Below, piece by piece: positions 9,391 to 16,805 of a stretch of 29,632 nucleotides of DNA; within the stretch, counting starts at the first letter, position 1, and each line of letters begins with the position of its first letter. A program made the translations under genes and the position numbers. Source of the stretch: a virus. Lineage: Duplodnaviria > Caudoviricetes. Location: positions 1-29,632 of the IMG/VR virus record IMGVR_UViG_3300049444_000032. One strand, written 5' to 3'. The notes beneath the pieces are model-generated. The model was given only the letters and a program-made list of their open reading frames with translations. It searched no databases and had not been told where the DNA came from.

Positions 9391-9840
9391 TTATGGTAAT
9401 CCGGCCGTGCCCGTAGTAACCCGCACCGGCGCGCCGCTGATCCGGACCGTCGCGCCCATACGTATAGCCTTGGTAAAATCCAGATTTGGCGCCGGCGAGG
9501 TCAAGAAGCCGGGAAATCCCCAGCCATGCAGGCCGCCCGGTAAAATGATGCCCCACAATCTGACTGGCAATGGCTCGGCGACCGCGTCGTCATACAGCAC
9601 TACATGGATCGGGATATTGATGATGTCCCAGAGAACTTCTAACGGCAGCTCGCCGCCATCCCTAAGCGTCGCGGCGTATTCTTTATACCCGCCCGGCGAT
9701 GAGTGATTGGTTATCTCGTCAAAGTCCTGCCGAATCTGCGGCCCGGTTAAAACGGTGCATTGCGGGATCTCTTCGTAAGTCGATGATGTCGGATTTTTTC
9801 TATAGAGCTTGCTGCCCTTGGCCAGCATGTAAGTTGACAT
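9391..9840 (-). CDS. Major tail tube protein
   Basis: DEITNHSSPGGYKEY...LRDGGE...ATVRISGAP motifs of lambda V-like tail tubes; GGAG SD upstream. Confidence 0.88.
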   Translation of the reverse strand: MSTYMLAKGSKLYRKNPTSSTYEEIPQCTVLTGPQIRQDFDEITNHSSPGGYKEYAATLRDGGELPLEVLWDIINIPIHVVLYDDAVAEPLPVRLWGIILPGGLHGWGFPGFLTSPAPNLDFTKAIRMGATVRISGAPVRVTTGTAGLP

Positions 9841-9850
9841 GGTTTACTCC

Positions 9851-10234
9851 TTAAAGCTGGCTCGGCGCTCGATTGACGGCAACCTTGACCGATAGATCAT
9901 TCATCACGATATTGACGTTGCCATTGGCGTCGGTAAAACCCGAGCCGTTGATCAAGATCGTCGATGCATCGCCCGCCGCCAGTGAATAGGGCCCGACATC
10001 GCCGACCCTATTGAGCGAATCGGCAACGCTTTTGAGCGTCCAGGTCCAGGCGCTCGACGCATGAGTGTTGCGTATCGTGACTATCTCGCGGCCCGTCGCC
10101 TTGAAAGATACGCCGTCCGTGGTGACAGTGGGCGCGATGAAGATATCGTCGATCGAGTCGGCGGTCGGTGCCAGCGCCATGATCTTCTGCAGATTGCGGA
10201 TCTCGGTTACTTCGTTAAAAACTCTGACTGCCAT
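9851..10234 (-). CDS. Putative beta-rich virion structural protein
   Basis: DGVSFKATGREIVTIRN...FTDANGNVNI; located between tail terminator and tail tube; likely start ATG 10234. Confidence 0.55.
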   Translation of the reverse strand: MAVRVFNEVTEIRNLQKIMALAPTADSIDDIFIAPTVTTDGVSFKATGREIVTIRNTHASSAWTWTLKSVADSLNRVGDVGPYSLAAGDASTILINGSGFTDANGNVNIVMNDLSVKVAVNRAPSQL

Positions 10235-10235
10235 A

Positions 10236-10646
10236 TCAATTCCCCCATAAGAAACGGTAGTCACCTAGAATATGGTGCGTCGATTGGCTCTCGACATCGG
10301 CGGGCGCGTAGATCGGGAGCTCGTCTTCCATGAAGACGCCGCCGATCGTGATTCCGCTCTGAACCGCGGGATGATCTTCCCACGGCTTTAATGCGCCACG
10401 GATCGCATCCGCGGTCTGACGCGCAACCGAATAGCTCGACGCAACCGATGAGATTTGAAAGCGCGATTCTTCGGCGCCGCAGGCACCGTCATGCGAGTAT
10501 TCGGGCAGGCGCGAGGTCTGTTGATAAATCACCACGGGAAGGGTCGCGTTCTGTGGATAAGTCGACGGGTAAATGCGGTTATCCACAAGCGCCGTGAGCT
10601 GTGGATAACCGCGCAATTGATTGACGATGACTTCTTCCAGCGTCAT
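10236..10646 (-). CDS. Tail terminator / completion protein (DUF3168-like)
   Basis: LTALVDNRIYP...PQ...P..IYQQ, RFQIS, ADAIRGAL. Confidence 0.85.
   Translation of the reverse strand: MTLEEVIVNQLRGYPQLTALVDNRIYPSTYPQNATLPVVIYQQTSRLPEYSHDGACGAEESRFQISSVASSYSVARQTADAIRGALKPWEDHPAVQSGITIGGVFMEDELPIYAPADVESQSTHHILGDYRFLWGN
10519..10608. promoter_or_regulatory. Cluster of DnaA-box matches inside the tail terminator gene
   Basis: TGTGGATAA 10552-10560, TTATCCACA 10579-10587, TGTGGATAA 10600-10608 (perfect) and TGTTGATAA 10519-10527 (8/9). Function unproven. Confidence 0.4.
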
Positions 10647-11107
10647 ACTTCCTGCTCTAAATTTTCACGCATGACCTGTGTGAAGGCATCCAAGGCCGGC
10701 CCCTTCTGGGATTCAAAGGCCGGGGTCATCGATGGCCGGGCCCCGAAATGCTGGATCACCGGCCCGCCCTTCTTCGACGCGTACGGCGGCCCGAGCAGCT
10801 TGAAGCCGAACTCCCACCAGTAGGCGACATTAGCCATTGTCACCGAGCGCCCGTTTCTGTCGGTGTCGAATATTTCGGTGGATGGGCCGATCTTTACAGT
10901 GCCCGCAGCACCGCGCAGCTTGGTATTGGTCACGACTTTGATGCGTGGCGATATGTTTGTCCTAGCCAGCCGCTCGCCGTGCGCCTGGATGGGTTGTGCG
11001 AAGGCTATGAGGGCTTTTCTAAGGACTGACTGCTCAAGTCGGCGGATGCGTCCTTCGAGTTTGCGATTCAAGTCCTGCAAGCCTTTGAGTTCGACCTTGA
11101 AGTCCAT
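10643..11107 (-). CDS. HK97 gp10-like neck/tail component
   Basis: VELKGLQDL, YWWEFG, ARPSMTPAFES motifs. Confidence 0.85.
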   Translation of the reverse strand: MDFKVELKGLQDLNRKLEGRIRRLEQSVLRKALIAFAQPIQAHGERLARTNISPRIKVVTNTKLRGAAGTVKIGPSTEIFDTDRNGRSVTMANVAYWWEFGFKLLGPPYASKKGGPVIQHFGARPSMTPAFESQKGPALDAFTQVMRENLEQEV

Positions 11108-11421
11108 TAAGCGGTCTCTTTGCAAAGTATTTCTAACGTAGTGCGCAACCGATCCGGTATCACCGATTCGATATCGAGCACCTCATCCCGAAACAGGATG
11201 CGCTGATCGGCCTCGATCCCGGCGCAGTAGCGCGTATTTACCCGCGTCGTGATATCGGCCCCGACCGCCTTGGCCGCGAACAACTCGCGCCCCGATAGCT
11301 TGATCACGTCGGCGCGGAGTGTCTGAAAGTCGGTCCAGACATCGATAGGCTCGCCAAAGTCGTCCTGCGTCTGGGTGCGCTTCTGGATCGTGACCACTTC
11401 CCTATTTCGGCCGGCGTTCAT
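11107..11421 (-). CDS. Head closure protein (SPP1 gp16-like)
   Basis: MNAGRNREVVTIQ...DDFGEP...W...SGRELFAA...RY. Confidence 0.9.
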   Translation of the reverse strand: MNAGRNREVVTIQKRTQTQDDFGEPIDVWTDFQTLRADVIKLSGRELFAAKAVGADITTRVNTRYCAGIEADQRILFRDEVLDIESVIPDRLRTTLEILCKETA

Positions 11422-12011
11422 AAAGCAAAAAGCCTCTCGTTCGAAATAAGCTGATCGACAAAATCGAGCCCCTGGATTTTTGCCTCGATATAAGATTCCC
11501 TGTTTTCGTAATAGTCCGCGGTCTTGATCAGCAGATAGCTGATCAGATGCGGCGGGACGTTTTCGCGCTTGTCGCCGTATCCCGCGACAAATTCCACGGC
11601 CACCGCCGAGGGTCTAGGCTGAACATATGGCCAATTAGTGGATTGACCCCTTACGATGCGCGGTGGCCGTGCATTTAAATCGACCCAGTAAAGGGCCGGA
11701 TCAACGGTCTGTAATACGCCCGCCGGATCGAGGTATTTGATGCTTGTCACCGACTGCACCGGCCGCTTGAATATCTCGATACAATCCGGAAACCAGTCCA
11801 AATACATCGTCCATGTCTGCGTGATCATGGCGAGGTCGTAGATCATCTCGACCATCGTGCGCACCGCCAATATCTTGTCTTGGATCAGCAGGTCGTCGTT
11901 GTCGAGATCGATCCGGCTGTGCGCCTTGACCTCGTCGAGGCCGATCGGTTCCAAGACCGGCGGCGTCTTTAACACAAATGTCGGAATCGGCTTGCGGTTA
12001 AGATCGAACAT
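11418..12011 (-). CDS. Head-tail connector (HK97 gp6 / phiE125 gp8-like)
   Basis: EPIGLDEVKAHSRID, ITQTW, PVQSVTSIKY, FVAGYG, YYENRE. Confidence 0.9.
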   Translation of the reverse strand: MFDLNRKPIPTFVLKTPPVLEPIGLDEVKAHSRIDLDNDDLLIQDKILAVRTMVEMIYDLAMITQTWTMYLDWFPDCIEIFKRPVQSVTSIKYLDPAGVLQTVDPALYWVDLNARPPRIVRGQSTNWPYVQPRPSAVAVEFVAGYGDKRENVPPHLISYLLIKTADYYENRESYIEAKIQGLDFVDQLISNERLFAL

Positions 12012-12257
12012 TTTTCCGGCGTTTTACTGTTGCGGTTTCATGCCCGCCGAGATTGTCTTCCGGCGTTTCGATCAGGGGCGATTCATGAATCGCCCCTACG
12101 GACTTTTTTTTTCCGCCATCATCGCTCTGCCATCGGCGATCCACATCTCGGCGACCGCGGCGCGTACTTCATATTCCCTGTGCGCGCCGATCCAGCCGTA
12201 TTCCTCGCTGAAAAAATCCTGCACGGTCGAAACGGTCACGGTGTCTTCTTCTGCCAT
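11998..12257 (-). CDS. Small capsid-adjacent protein: 53 aa to TAG 12096, extendable to 11998 by -1 frameshift
   Basis: GAGGA SD, then MAEEDTVTVSTVQDFFSEEYGWIGAHREYEVRAAVAEMWIADGRAMMAEKKSP; the -1 frame continues KSVGAIHESPLIETPEDNLGGHETATVKRRKNVRS. Confidence 0.65.
12074..12099 (-). repeat. GTAG-type REP-like palindrome
   Basis: GTAGGGGCGATTCATGAATCGCCCCT; perfect 24-bp palindrome 12074-12097 with a GTAG foot. Confidence 0.7.
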
Positions 12258-12323
12258 GAATCCTCAATTAGCTGTACGGGTTCGCCAATTAGGGTTACGG
12301 GTTAGTCACCCATAAGTCCTTGA

Positions 12324-13703
12324 TTATGCTAGAGCCAACCACTTCACCGGCCGGGTGCCGGCGTCCAAAAGATTGCCGTCCGACCGCATAAACGCGATAA
12401 AAGCGATCTGATCCAAATCGGCATACCTTTCCTCGAGCCGCACGAGGCGGATAGACGAAACGTCGCGAATCAGATATTTGCTCAAGTCGCCGAAAAGGAT
12501 GAGCTTTTGCCCTGTCGTGAATGTCGCCGACATCGACTGATTGATGGTATAGCGATAGCCGAGCAGCCGATCCGGCACGCCGCTTTGCAATCCCGGCTGC
12601 CAAATATAGGCGTTAGTTGTCGATTCTTTTAGTTTGCGAATCGTCGCCAAAATCGTGTCGTGAAACATAAAACTTGCGCCCTGCCGGTAAGCCGGATCAA
12701 CGCTATGGATCAAGTCGATGACTTCATCCGAGGTGAAGGTCGTCATGGACGCTGCGGCTTTGCCGACCACTGCGGCGACCGTCAGCCCCTTGGGCAACGT
12801 AGTCCCGGCGCCGGTGGTGAAATGGTCGTTCTGGATGCGCGCGATTCTTGTTCCGAGCCAGTCGCCGACGAGGGCGCCGAGGTCGAAGGCGCTGTCCTGC
12901 GTCAACTCGTAACTCATCAAGATCGGCTTGGAGCTGTATTTGAAAGCGTTCAAGACGAGCTGCGCGAAGGCCGGATCGACCGATGCGCCGATGGTAGTTG
13001 CCTCCGCCAAAATCGCACCTTTGTTGGTCGTGTCATTCATGGTCGGATACGGCAGCGCGTTGCCCGCGTCCGTGCGGATAACCGTGGCGTTTAGCCTGAC
13101 GCCGCCATAGGCGAGCAGCGCCTGCTCGAGTGCGTACACGAACCCCTGAGGGATCGTCTCTTTGCCTTCTGTTGACGTGATCGTGTCCAGACCGACGCGA
13201 AACTCTCGCTGGAAACTTCGATAATGCTTGATGATCGGCAAATCGATCTGATTTACCCGCAAGTCAGGAATCCCGAGCTGCGCCGCGGCGTTGATATGGC
13301 GCTGTTCCAAGACCGCGCCGGGCTTGCCCATGCGCAGAAAACCCTGGACCGAGAGCGAGACGGCTTCTTCGTATTCATGGCGGGACATGGCGCGATTGGC
13401 CACGGTGCCATAGCGGAGCGTGTCAAACGACACATTTCCGTTGAAAGATCCCTCGCCGTTGCCGGTCCCGTTGCCATTGCCGTTTTTATTGACACTGCGG
13501 GCGAGCTCGGCCTCTTTCGTTGCTAAAAAATCCTCGTTCTTGATGCGCTTTTCCAGCCCGTTGATAGCCGCTTCCATCTTGTCGAACTTTTCGCGGTCCT
13601 CCGGCGTCTCGCCGCCGCGCTTGTCGCAATCGTCCTGCAAATCGCGCAATTCCTTGACCGCCGCGCCGAGTTGCTGCCTGAGTTCGTTAATATCTAACGA
13701 CAT
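12324..13703 (-). CDS. Major capsid protein, HK97 fold
   Basis: 459 aa; coiled-coil delta domain, ELTQDSAFDL, PKGL, YIWQPG...PDRLLGY, FGDLSKY..RD. Confidence 0.96.
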   Translation of the reverse strand: MSLDINELRQQLGAAVKELRDLQDDCDKRGGETPEDREKFDKMEAAINGLEKRIKNEDFLATKEAELARSVNKNGNGNGTGNGEGSFNGNVSFDTLRYGTVANRAMSRHEYEEAVSLSVQGFLRMGKPGAVLEQRHINAAAQLGIPDLRVNQIDLPIIKHYRSFQREFRVGLDTITSTEGKETIPQGFVYALEQALLAYGGVRLNATVIRTDAGNALPYPTMNDTTNKGAILAEATTIGASVDPAFAQLVLNAFKYSSKPILMSYELTQDSAFDLGALVGDWLGTRIARIQNDHFTTGAGTTLPKGLTVAAVVGKAAASMTTFTSDEVIDLIHSVDPAYRQGASFMFHDTILATIRKLKESTTNAYIWQPGLQSGVPDRLLGYRYTINQSMSATFTTGQKLILFGDLSKYLIRDVSSIRLVRLEERYADLDQIAFIAFMRSDGNLLDAGTRPVKWLALA

Positions 13704-14331
13704 AATTGATTCTCCTTTGGCTCAAGTAGTTTTGAGCGCGGTTGATAATTTCTTTGCGCATCTGGGCGCGGTCGAGGGATTCGGCTTTTAATTTTTCGGG
13801 GTCAAATGGATCTTCGGCGGCAAACCGGCCACGCAGGCCGACATCCGTCGTCGGATAGGCGGGTTGCGTGACCGGTGACACGTCGTAGAGGTTTTGAATC
13901 GTCTTGATGGCGCGCAACTTACCGGCGCGGTCGATCTCTTCGCCGTCCTCGGCGACGCGAAAACCAAAGGACATCTGCGAGATGTATTTGCCGCGGATCA
14001 GGGTCAATAAATCGCGCGCGTCGCTGGTATCGGGCGGAAAAATCCGCACTTTTAGCCCGATCTCATCCTCTTCGAGCATCAAACTTCGGTTCGAAACGCG
14101 GCCTATAAGCCGATCGTCGTTGTGATTGATGAGCGCACGCACGTCGTCGGTCTTGATCGCCGCGGTGAAGGCGCCGGGCCGGATCACCTCGCGCCAGCCA
14201 GGCGCAAAAGGGAAGATTTCGAGCGATGGTTGATTAAAAACGGCGGCGTGGCCCTCGATAAACGGCTTGTGCTCGCCTTCCATCGAAGCTCTGAGCTCGG
14301 CAACATTGAAAAAGCGGCGTTCGATTTCCAT
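13687..14331 (-). CDS. HK97-family prohead protease
   Basis: GHAAVFN, EVIRPGAF, ALINH, MSFGF, DVSPVTQPAYPTT; likely start MEIERR at 14331. Confidence 0.94.
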   Translation of the reverse strand: MEIERRFFNVAELRASMEGEHKPFIEGHAAVFNQPSLEIFPFAPGWREVIRPGAFTAAIKTDDVRALINHNDDRLIGRVSNRSLMLEEDEIGLKVRIFPPDTSDARDLLTLIRGKYISQMSFGFRVAEDGEEIDRAGKLRAIKTIQNLYDVSPVTQPAYPTTDVGLRGRFAAEDPFDPEKLKAESLDRAQMRKEIINRAQNYLSQRRINYVVRY

Positions 14332-14376
14332 AAAAAAAGGGCGAGTTTCCGGCTGGTGCACCAGAAACCCGCCCTT
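14332..14376 (-). terminator. Terminator/attenuator-like hairpin abutting the protease start
   Basis: AAGGGCGGGUUUC ... GAAACUCGCCCUU, ending in a 7-U run directly before AUG; the G-U pair is valid only on the minus strand. Confidence 0.6.
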
Positions 14377-14409
14377 CAATGGCAGCTAAAAAACCCGCGC
14401 TAACGTGCT

Positions 14410-14492
14410 AAAAATGACGGAAAAATGACGGAAAGAAAAGGATTTTTAAGAGATGAATCGGCTATTTTGTCGGTAATTGTCGGTAATTGTCG
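14410..14492 (-). repeat. Phased direct repeats with CCG(A/T)CA core
   Basis: Plus strand: TTGTCGGTAA x2.6 (14467-14492, 10-bp period) and AAAAATGACGG x2 (14410-14431, 11-bp period). Confidence 0.7.
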
Positions 14493-14665
14493 TTCTTTTT
14501 TTTGGCTTCGGCGATTGTCTCGCTCATTATCCGGCGCGTGTGGCCGATCCTGACCGCATCGAGCTCGCCCGACGCGATCCACCGCTCGACCGTGCGCGAC
14601 GATACGTCAAACTCTTTGGCGACCTCGTCTATGCGATAGGATTTCTTATCGCTCATTTCGTCCAC
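14462..14665 (-). CDS. Xis/MerR-like (HTH_17) DNA-binding protein
   Basis: YRIDEVAKEFDVSSRTVERWIASGELDAVRIGHTRRI. Confidence 0.9.
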   Translation of the reverse strand: MDEMSDKKSYRIDEVAKEFDVSSRTVERWIASGELDAVRIGHTRRIMSETIAEAKKKNDNYRQLPTK

Positions 14666-14669
14666 TTGC

Positions 14670-14936
14670 TCATTTGTTATCCTGCGTTCTTACGCTATAT
14701 CCATGACGGTGATCTTCTTTAAAATGATATTGTTTCTCTAAATATCGCTTGAAGATTTCAAATCGCTGATCGTTTCTACTTTGCAAAAATACTTTATGCG
14801 GACCGGGTAATCGCACAAATCGACGCGCGGCTCGACAAACTTCCAATGACTTCGCTTCCTGCGGTATGACGACATCGGCCCAACCATAGGTATTAAAATC
14901 ACTCGGATAAGGCACGAATACGCAACGGTCGCTCAT
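14670..14936 (-). CDS. Hypothetical protein
   Basis: MSDRCVFVPYPSDF...; start just after the heptamer palindrome; the upstream ORF-track extension is repeat-derived. Confidence 0.55.
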   Translation of the reverse strand: MSDRCVFVPYPSDFNTYGWADVVIPQEAKSLEVCRAARRFVRLPGPHKVFLQSRNDQRFEIFKRYLEKQYHFKEDHRHGYSVRTQDNK

Positions 14937-14940
14937 AATA

Positions 14941-15011
14941 AATTGATAATGGATAATTGAGAATTGAAAATTATCCGGACATTTTCCATTCTCAATTTTC
15001 CATTCTCCATT
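14941..15011. repeat. Imperfect heptamer palindrome (copy 2)
   Basis: AATTGAT AATGGAT AATTGAG AATTGAA AATTATCCGGACATT TTCCATT CTCAATT TTCCATT CTCCATT. Confidence 0.85.
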
Positions 15012-15219
15012 ATTTCGCCTGCCATCCATGGCCGTCGCCTTCATCCCAGCAGGTAGCAACCACCCGCGTATCATCGGGATGAAATGCGAGCTTGCGACCT
15101 TCGCGCAGCACGCGGATCGATATTCCGATCGGGCGCGGGTGCGGGTATAAAAGATATCCGGCTGCTTCGATCTGGTTCATGGCATCGGCGAGAATCTTGG
15201 CGGCGTCATGGGGTGTCAT
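15010..15219 (-). CDS. Hypothetical protein
   Basis: 69 aa ORF in the operon direction. Confidence 0.55.
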   Translation of the reverse strand: MTPHDAAKILADAMNQIEAAGYLLYPHPRPIGISIRVLREGRKLAFHPDDTRVVATCWDEGDGHGWQAK

Positions 15220-15355
15220 TCATTTTTTTTGCTTCTAGAATAACTTCATCAGACAAAGTTAAATATCTTTTTTTTAATTCAGGGTTTGTCTGTTCCCAAT
15301 CGCCCATATTCAAGCGTTCAAAAATCAATCGTGCTATTTTTTCGTTTAATTCCAT
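15206..15355 (-). CDS. Small hypothetical protein, 49 aa (not in ORF track)
   Basis: MELNEKIARLIFERLNMGDWEQTNPELKKRYLTLSDEVILEAKKMNDTP, AAGGA SD upstream. Confidence 0.5.
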   Translation of the reverse strand: MELNEKIARLIFERLNMGDWEQTNPELKKRYLTLSDEVILEAKKMNDTP

Positions 15356-15369
15356 TGATTCCGTTCCTT

Positions 15370-16659
15370 TCAATGCGCCGCTCCGTTCAATGCGCCATTG
15401 GGCTTGGCCGGCACGGGCAAATTCGCCGGTTCAGGCGGCGCGATCTTGCCCCTTAAAATCTCGTCAAGCAGATCGATCGGCGCGAGATTCTGTTGCAGAT
15501 AATGCCGGTCGCCGTCTGGGCCGATGCCGTTCATATTTTCCAGCCCACGGATCTCGTTGATCGTTATCGCGCCCATGTTAAACAACGCCTGGTAGAATTT
15601 CGCCCGCGAGTCGCTATCACCGCGCAGTAAAGCGTCGACTAAAAACTCGGCATACAAATTCTTGCGCTCCGCTTGCGTCAAAAGAGCGAGCGTTGCGCGC
15701 TGCTCCCAGCACACCAGCCACGGCCGGATGCAATCGACCACGAAGTCGATCGCCTGCTGCTCGACGCTGGCATAACTCATCGTTCCCGGCTTCAAAAGGC
15801 CAATTTTATAGCTCGGCACGCGATAAAGCGCGGCGATATCCGATTTTCCGAACTCCTGGCCCTGGATAAACTGCGCGTCGTCGGGAGGGATGCCTACGTC
15901 TTGCCACTTCATCCCCTCCTCTAAAATCGCCACGCGCGAGCGATTGGATAGCCCCTGGTGGCTCTCGTCCCAGCGTTTGCGCAATTGCTGAAAAGCCTGA
16001 TCGCCAAGGACACCGGGGTGCATCAAAACGCCGCCGGGGCGCGCATCGTTGGAAAAAAACCGCGCGCGGTACTCCTCGGACGCCTTTTGCAGGCCCAAAG
16101 TCTCGCGCGCGAGGGCGATCGGCGAGTAACCTATGAGCCCGTCGGACGACAAGCCGCGCAAGTGCATCACGTCGGTCAATTGGCGCTCGCCGCCGTCCGG
16201 CGTGATGTAATAGTAAAAAATCCGCTCCTGAAATACCTGTAATCGCATGCGATCGGGCCGCAAGGGCCACAGATTTTGCACCCGGCCGGCGCCGTCGCGC
16301 TCGATCTCGGCATAGGCGTTGCCCCATAGGCAGAGATGGCCCTGAAGTGTCTGTTTAAACTCAAACGGCGACATAAACGGGTTAGGTTGGTCGTGTAAAA
16401 CCCGATAAACGTCGTGATCCAGCGCCCGTTTCTTGCCCGCCGGCGTGCGCTGATAGAGAAAAACGGGAAGCGAGGCGACCGTGTCGGCGATAACTCTGAC
16501 GCATTGATAAACCGTGGAGATCAGCAGGGCATTGCCCTCGGTGACTCGTACGCCCGCGGCCGTCGTCGTGCCGCCGCCAAAGGCGAAATATTCGGTGAAC
16601 CCGGGCGTGTTGATGCCGATATTGCGCAAAGTGCGCTTAAACCATGTGAGAAATTTCAT
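15370..16659 (-). CDS. Portal protein, HK97 family
   Basis: VYQCVRVIADTVASLP, PNPFMS, LWGNAYA, LWPLRPD, MHLRG..DGLIGYSP, NEIRGLEN. Confidence 0.96.
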   Translation of the reverse strand: MKFLTWFKRTLRNIGINTPGFTEYFAFGGGTTTAAGVRVTEGNALLISTVYQCVRVIADTVASLPVFLYQRTPAGKKRALDHDVYRVLHDQPNPFMSPFEFKQTLQGHLCLWGNAYAEIERDGAGRVQNLWPLRPDRMRLQVFQERIFYYYITPDGGERQLTDVMHLRGLSSDGLIGYSPIALARETLGLQKASEEYRARFFSNDARPGGVLMHPGVLGDQAFQQLRKRWDESHQGLSNRSRVAILEEGMKWQDVGIPPDDAQFIQGQEFGKSDIAALYRVPSYKIGLLKPGTMSYASVEQQAIDFVVDCIRPWLVCWEQRATLALLTQAERKNLYAEFLVDALLRGDSDSRAKFYQALFNMGAITINEIRGLENMNGIGPDGDRHYLQQNLAPIDLLDEILRGKIAPPEPANLPVPAKPNGALNGAAH

Positions 16660-16805
16660 AGACTTCTTCGCTTTTCTCTTTCGTCCAGTGCCCGCTGTTC
16701 TCTTGGACTCAAAATTTTACCGGCTCGTTTTTTTTTAATAGCCACCGCTTCAATTTGCCGTTGTCGCTCAATCAATGGATCAAATTTTTTCCTTATTGGC
16801 GTCAT
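16656..16805 (-). CDS. Small basic hypothetical protein, 49 aa (not in ORF track)
   Basis: MTPIRKKFDPLIERQRQIEAVAIKKKRAGKILSPREQRALDEREKRRSL; ATGA overlaps with both the terL stop and the portal start. Confidence 0.6.
   Translation of the reverse strand: MTPIRKKFDPLIERQRQIEAVAIKKKRAGKILSPREQRALDEREKRRSL

Noticed and set aside
12266-12303. 17-bp imperfect direct repeat after the capsid gene (AATTAG...TACGGGTT)
   Set aside because: Only two copies with no further support; function cannot be argued
14462-14665. Excisionase marking an integration module
   Set aside because: No integrase or att site nearby; its position in the head operon points to a regulatory role
14937-15074. N-terminal extension of the 14670-15074 ORF (NGEWKIENGK...FQFSIIHYQF)
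   Set aside because: It is a translation of the heptamer palindrome and overlaps another gene; ATG 14936 is the more plausible start
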